Shown: positions 60,687 to 64,000 of the stretch, piece by piece
How the letters are laid out: each line of letters begins with the position of its first letter
Numbering within the stretch: the stretch's first letter is position 1
Assembly: GCA_001643675.2 (NCBI GenBank)
Contig: LSRY02000001.1
Coordinates: 930,001 to 994,000 of the forward strand
Direction: 5' to 3'
From: Monocercomonoides exilis PA203
Lineage: Eukaryota; Protista; Preaxostyla
Length of the DNA: 64,000 nucleotides
The notes under the pieces: generated by a model
The model's database searches: none
The model's input: the letters and a program-made list of their open reading frames with translations, nothing else
Told to the model about the DNA's origin: nothing
Position numbers and translations under genes: made by a program

Positions 60687-63322
60687 ATGAAACCGCCTTT
60701 CAAGCGCAGAGAAAGGTCTATACCAGATACATACACTTCAATACGTGTCACAAATCTCTCGGATAGAGTGACAAAGGAACATATTGAAGAAATATTCAAG
60801 GAATATGGTGAAATTATCGGAATTGAATTTCCTGAACGTCTTGAAGATGAGAAGAGTAAGAAGCGATGTTTTATAGATTTTGAAGATATTGAAAGTGCAC
60901 GTCGTGCGGTTGAAGAAATGGATCAGGTTCTATTCAAGGATTTTAGATAATTATTTTAATGATCTTTACAATTAAATATTTGAACAATTTTTAGGGATGG
61001 ATTGACGAATTAGTCATAAGCGTGATACAAGTTCCTCCGACAAGAGAAAGTATGGAAAAGAAAAAACTCAGAGCGAAAAAAATTACTGGAACTCGTTCAA
61101 GGTCACCATCAACTGATTCTCACACTTCTTCTTCTCCTTCTCCAACCAGAAGTCTTAGTGAAACAAAAAGTGATAAAAAATCGCTTGATAGCACCTCAAA
61201 ATCAAACGAACAACTTGTTGGCAAAAAAACTTTGGCAGAAAGACAACAGCTGCTTTCTCAAAAAAAGAATGATCAGCAAATGTCTTCATCTAGGACTCAA
61301 TCTAAAAGTACTAGCAGCTCAAAGGATAGCAATTCTAATTCCTCTTCCATGGCAAAGGATGATAAAGAAAATGAGTCACAGAAAAGAAAAGAAGATAGTG
61401 GGGTCCGCGACAAAGATAAAGAAAGATTGACAAACAGAAATGACAGAAGGACATCTGAAAGACATCGATCACCAGTGCGAAGTCGCGATCGCCAGAGAAG
61501 AAGAGACGATCGTGACAGAAGAAGAAGCAGGAGCAGAAGAGGCAGTAGGAGGGATAGCAGGAGTCGAAGTAGAAGTAGAAGAAGCAGGAATCTCAGAAGG
61601 AAAGACAGTCGAAGCAGAAGCAGGAGCAGAAGTCGACGCAGAAGTTATAGCAGATCTGGAAGAGACAGAGACAGAGACAGAAATAGAGAAAGGGAGAGAG
61701 AGAAGGACAAAGAGAGGGAAAGAGAAAGAGATAGAGATAGAGATAGAGCAAAAGAAAGAGAAAGAGAGAAAGAAAGAAACAGAAGAAGAGGAAGAAAAGA
61801 GTATTCCAGCAGATACAAGCGACGTCGCCAAAGCGAATCTGATTCGTCGTCTTCTTCTTCTTCTTCGCCCACATCTCATTCCCCAACATCCTCTTCTTCT
61901 CGTTCGTCTTCTCCTTCTTCATCACACACAGAACATTCAAATGCTGCAAAGCAGAGAAGAACACGGATGCAGCGCAGAAGGCGGGCACGTTCTTCTTCTT
62001 CTTCTTCTTCACGTTCTTCGCGTTCTTCTTCTCCTGATAAATCACAATCGCCTTCACACTCTCGTTCTCATTCTCGTTCTCGCTCTCATTCAAGAAATCG
62101 CTCATCTTCTCCATCGGCCTCTTCATCGGCATCTCCTTCTGCTTCTGCAACCCGCAAGCATTCACACTCACACTCAGCCTCTTCAACCTCGTCTTCTCCT
62201 TCTCCTTCTTCCCGTTCTAATTCTCGTTCTCAATCTCGTTCTCCTTCAGCTTCTTCCTCGTCTTCCTCTCCTTCTGCCAAATCAGCACACAATCAGAGAA
62301 AATCAATGAAAAGGCGCTCAAAACGAGCATCACGTGGTTCATCTTCTGCTTCTGCTTCTGCTTCTTCTCGGCATTCTGCACATGCAAAACAAACAGCAGG
62401 AACTCATACAAGACGTTCTTCTTCATCTCATTCTTCGCATTCTTCTCGTTCTCGTTCTCGTTCTCGTTCTCGCTCTGCTTCAACATCTTCTTCGTCTTCT
62501 TCCACTCCTTCGCATTCATCTCCTTCTTCATCTCGATCTCGGTCTCGTTCTCGTTCTTCTTCTCGTTCTCATTCACGATCACATTCAAATGCTCCTTCAA
62601 CAACACAAAAGAAAGACGAAAAGCAATCAACTGCACAGCCAACAACTCAAAAGGAGGAGAAAAATGCAAGTTCTGATTCATCAACAGCTGCTAATGAGAC
62701 ATCTGAGGATAAGAAACAAGCAGCAAATTCACCTCGTTTATCTTCAGAATCTTCATCTTCATCTCTTTCATCATCGTCATCACCTTCTTCCTCTTCTTCT
62801 TCTTCCTCCTCTTCTTCTTCTTCTTCTGTGACAGATTCACAATCCCATTCTCAATCACATCCTGATAATCAATCAGAGGAAAAACCTTCGGATTCTTCTT
62901 CTTCCTCCTCATCAAAATCTTCTCCTTCAAACGCTTCTTCTTCAAAGTCTTCATCATCTCTTTTTCGCAAAACTCGTAATTCTCGTTCTCGTTTCCATTC
63001 GCCTTCGCATTCTCATTCGCGATCACCTTCTTCTTCTTCTTCTTCTTCTCGTTCTAGTTCTCCTTCTTCTTCTGATTCTGGCTCAGATTTAGAATCTTCT
63101 ACACAACACGAAGCAAAGAGTGAAAAGAAAGTGAAACATGGAAAAGAGAAAGAGGATGAGAAAGAGAAAGAGAAAAAAGAAGAGAAAGAAGAAGAGAAAG
63201 AAAGTGAAAGTGAAGATATTTTGAAAGATGAAGAGAATGTATTTAAAGAAGTTCATCCAAAAGAAGAGGATTCCGACTCAGATTCTGCTGATGCACATCT
63301 TCCGGCAAGAAAAAGAAGATAA
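60687..63322 (+). CDS. RNPS1: RNPS1/SR45-like RRM protein with long RS/RD/Ser-rich tail, ~855 aa; exons 60687-60926 and 60995-63322
   Basis: The RRM IRVTNLSDRVTKEHIEEIFKEYGEI..CFIDFEDIESARRAVEEMDQ|GWIDELVISV fits the RNPS1 pattern (VTKDHIxEIF, MDGGxID). Intron 60927-60994 is in frame and RS dipeptides are extensive. Confidence 0.72.
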
Positions 63323-64000
63323 ATAAATTATAATGGGTTTTTATTTATTTATTTTATCAGTCATCTTTATTTTTGGAATTAATAAAAATACAACTTCAAA
63401 AATCAAATAGTTATTTTTTTTTTCCTTTTATTTAATGAAAAACTCTATAGAATATGAACAAAAGAAAGAAAATTGAATGGAAAGTTGTATAAAAAGCTTA
63501 TCTCACTTTGTGTAATTCTTGTTTTCCATATATTCTTCTTTCGTTCATTCCTGTTCAAAGCCGAAAGTCAATATTTGACAGTCAGTTGTCTCGAAGCATA
63601 AGTTTCTTAATTTGACACAAGTAAATAACCCATTGAAATCTTTATTTATTTCGTGCTATCTTTGAGATATTTTTGTTTCTTAATGTATTTTTAATATTTC
63701 TTTTTTTTAAAAAAAATACAAAAAATCTCTTCTTTTTGTGTTATAAACTCGTTTATTAAAAATGAGGATTAATCAAAAATTAATAAAAAGATTGATAACA
63801 TATAGACAAATAGGCAAAGAAGCAAGAAATAAGAAATAAGAAATAAAGAATGAGATGAAAAAAGTTGATTATTATAAGAAAAAGCAACAAAATCCTGTTA
63901 AAATTCAAAAAAGATAAAATAAAATAAATGAAAAGAGGGCAAATACAAGTAAATAAAAAAACAATATGAAAACAAAGAGGGATAAAGCCATGAAAAAAGG

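Overview
AT-rich eukaryotic genomic DNA with short GT-AG introns and the standard genetic code. The gene families and intron style suggest an oxymonad protist such as Monocercomonoides, which is an inference. The left ~15 kb is a nest of DNA transposons. It holds an intron-containing ISL2EU/PIF-Harbinger-type (DDE_Tnp_4) transposase. Beside it is a 6.3-kb transposase-free element (5771-12101) with perfect 24-bp TIRs, an AT flank and decayed host-gene cargo. An older copy of that element's right end lies at 1-3136, and a 178-bp inverted repeat brackets 5589-14806. A pogo/Fot1-like DD35D element with 18-bp TIRs and a TA TSD lies at 23059-25077. Host genes include two giant intronless type-I surface proteins with beta-helix/Pmp-like motifs, a 4-exon helical-repeat family gene and a Cramped/TKI1-like protein. 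Also present are a 6-exon membrane-anchored IQ-like/ER-K rod protein, thymidine kinase, a Ser-rich unknown protein, and a divergent importin-alpha-like gene head-to-head with an RNPS1-like RRM/RS gene. No rRNA, tRNA or CRISPR array was recognised.
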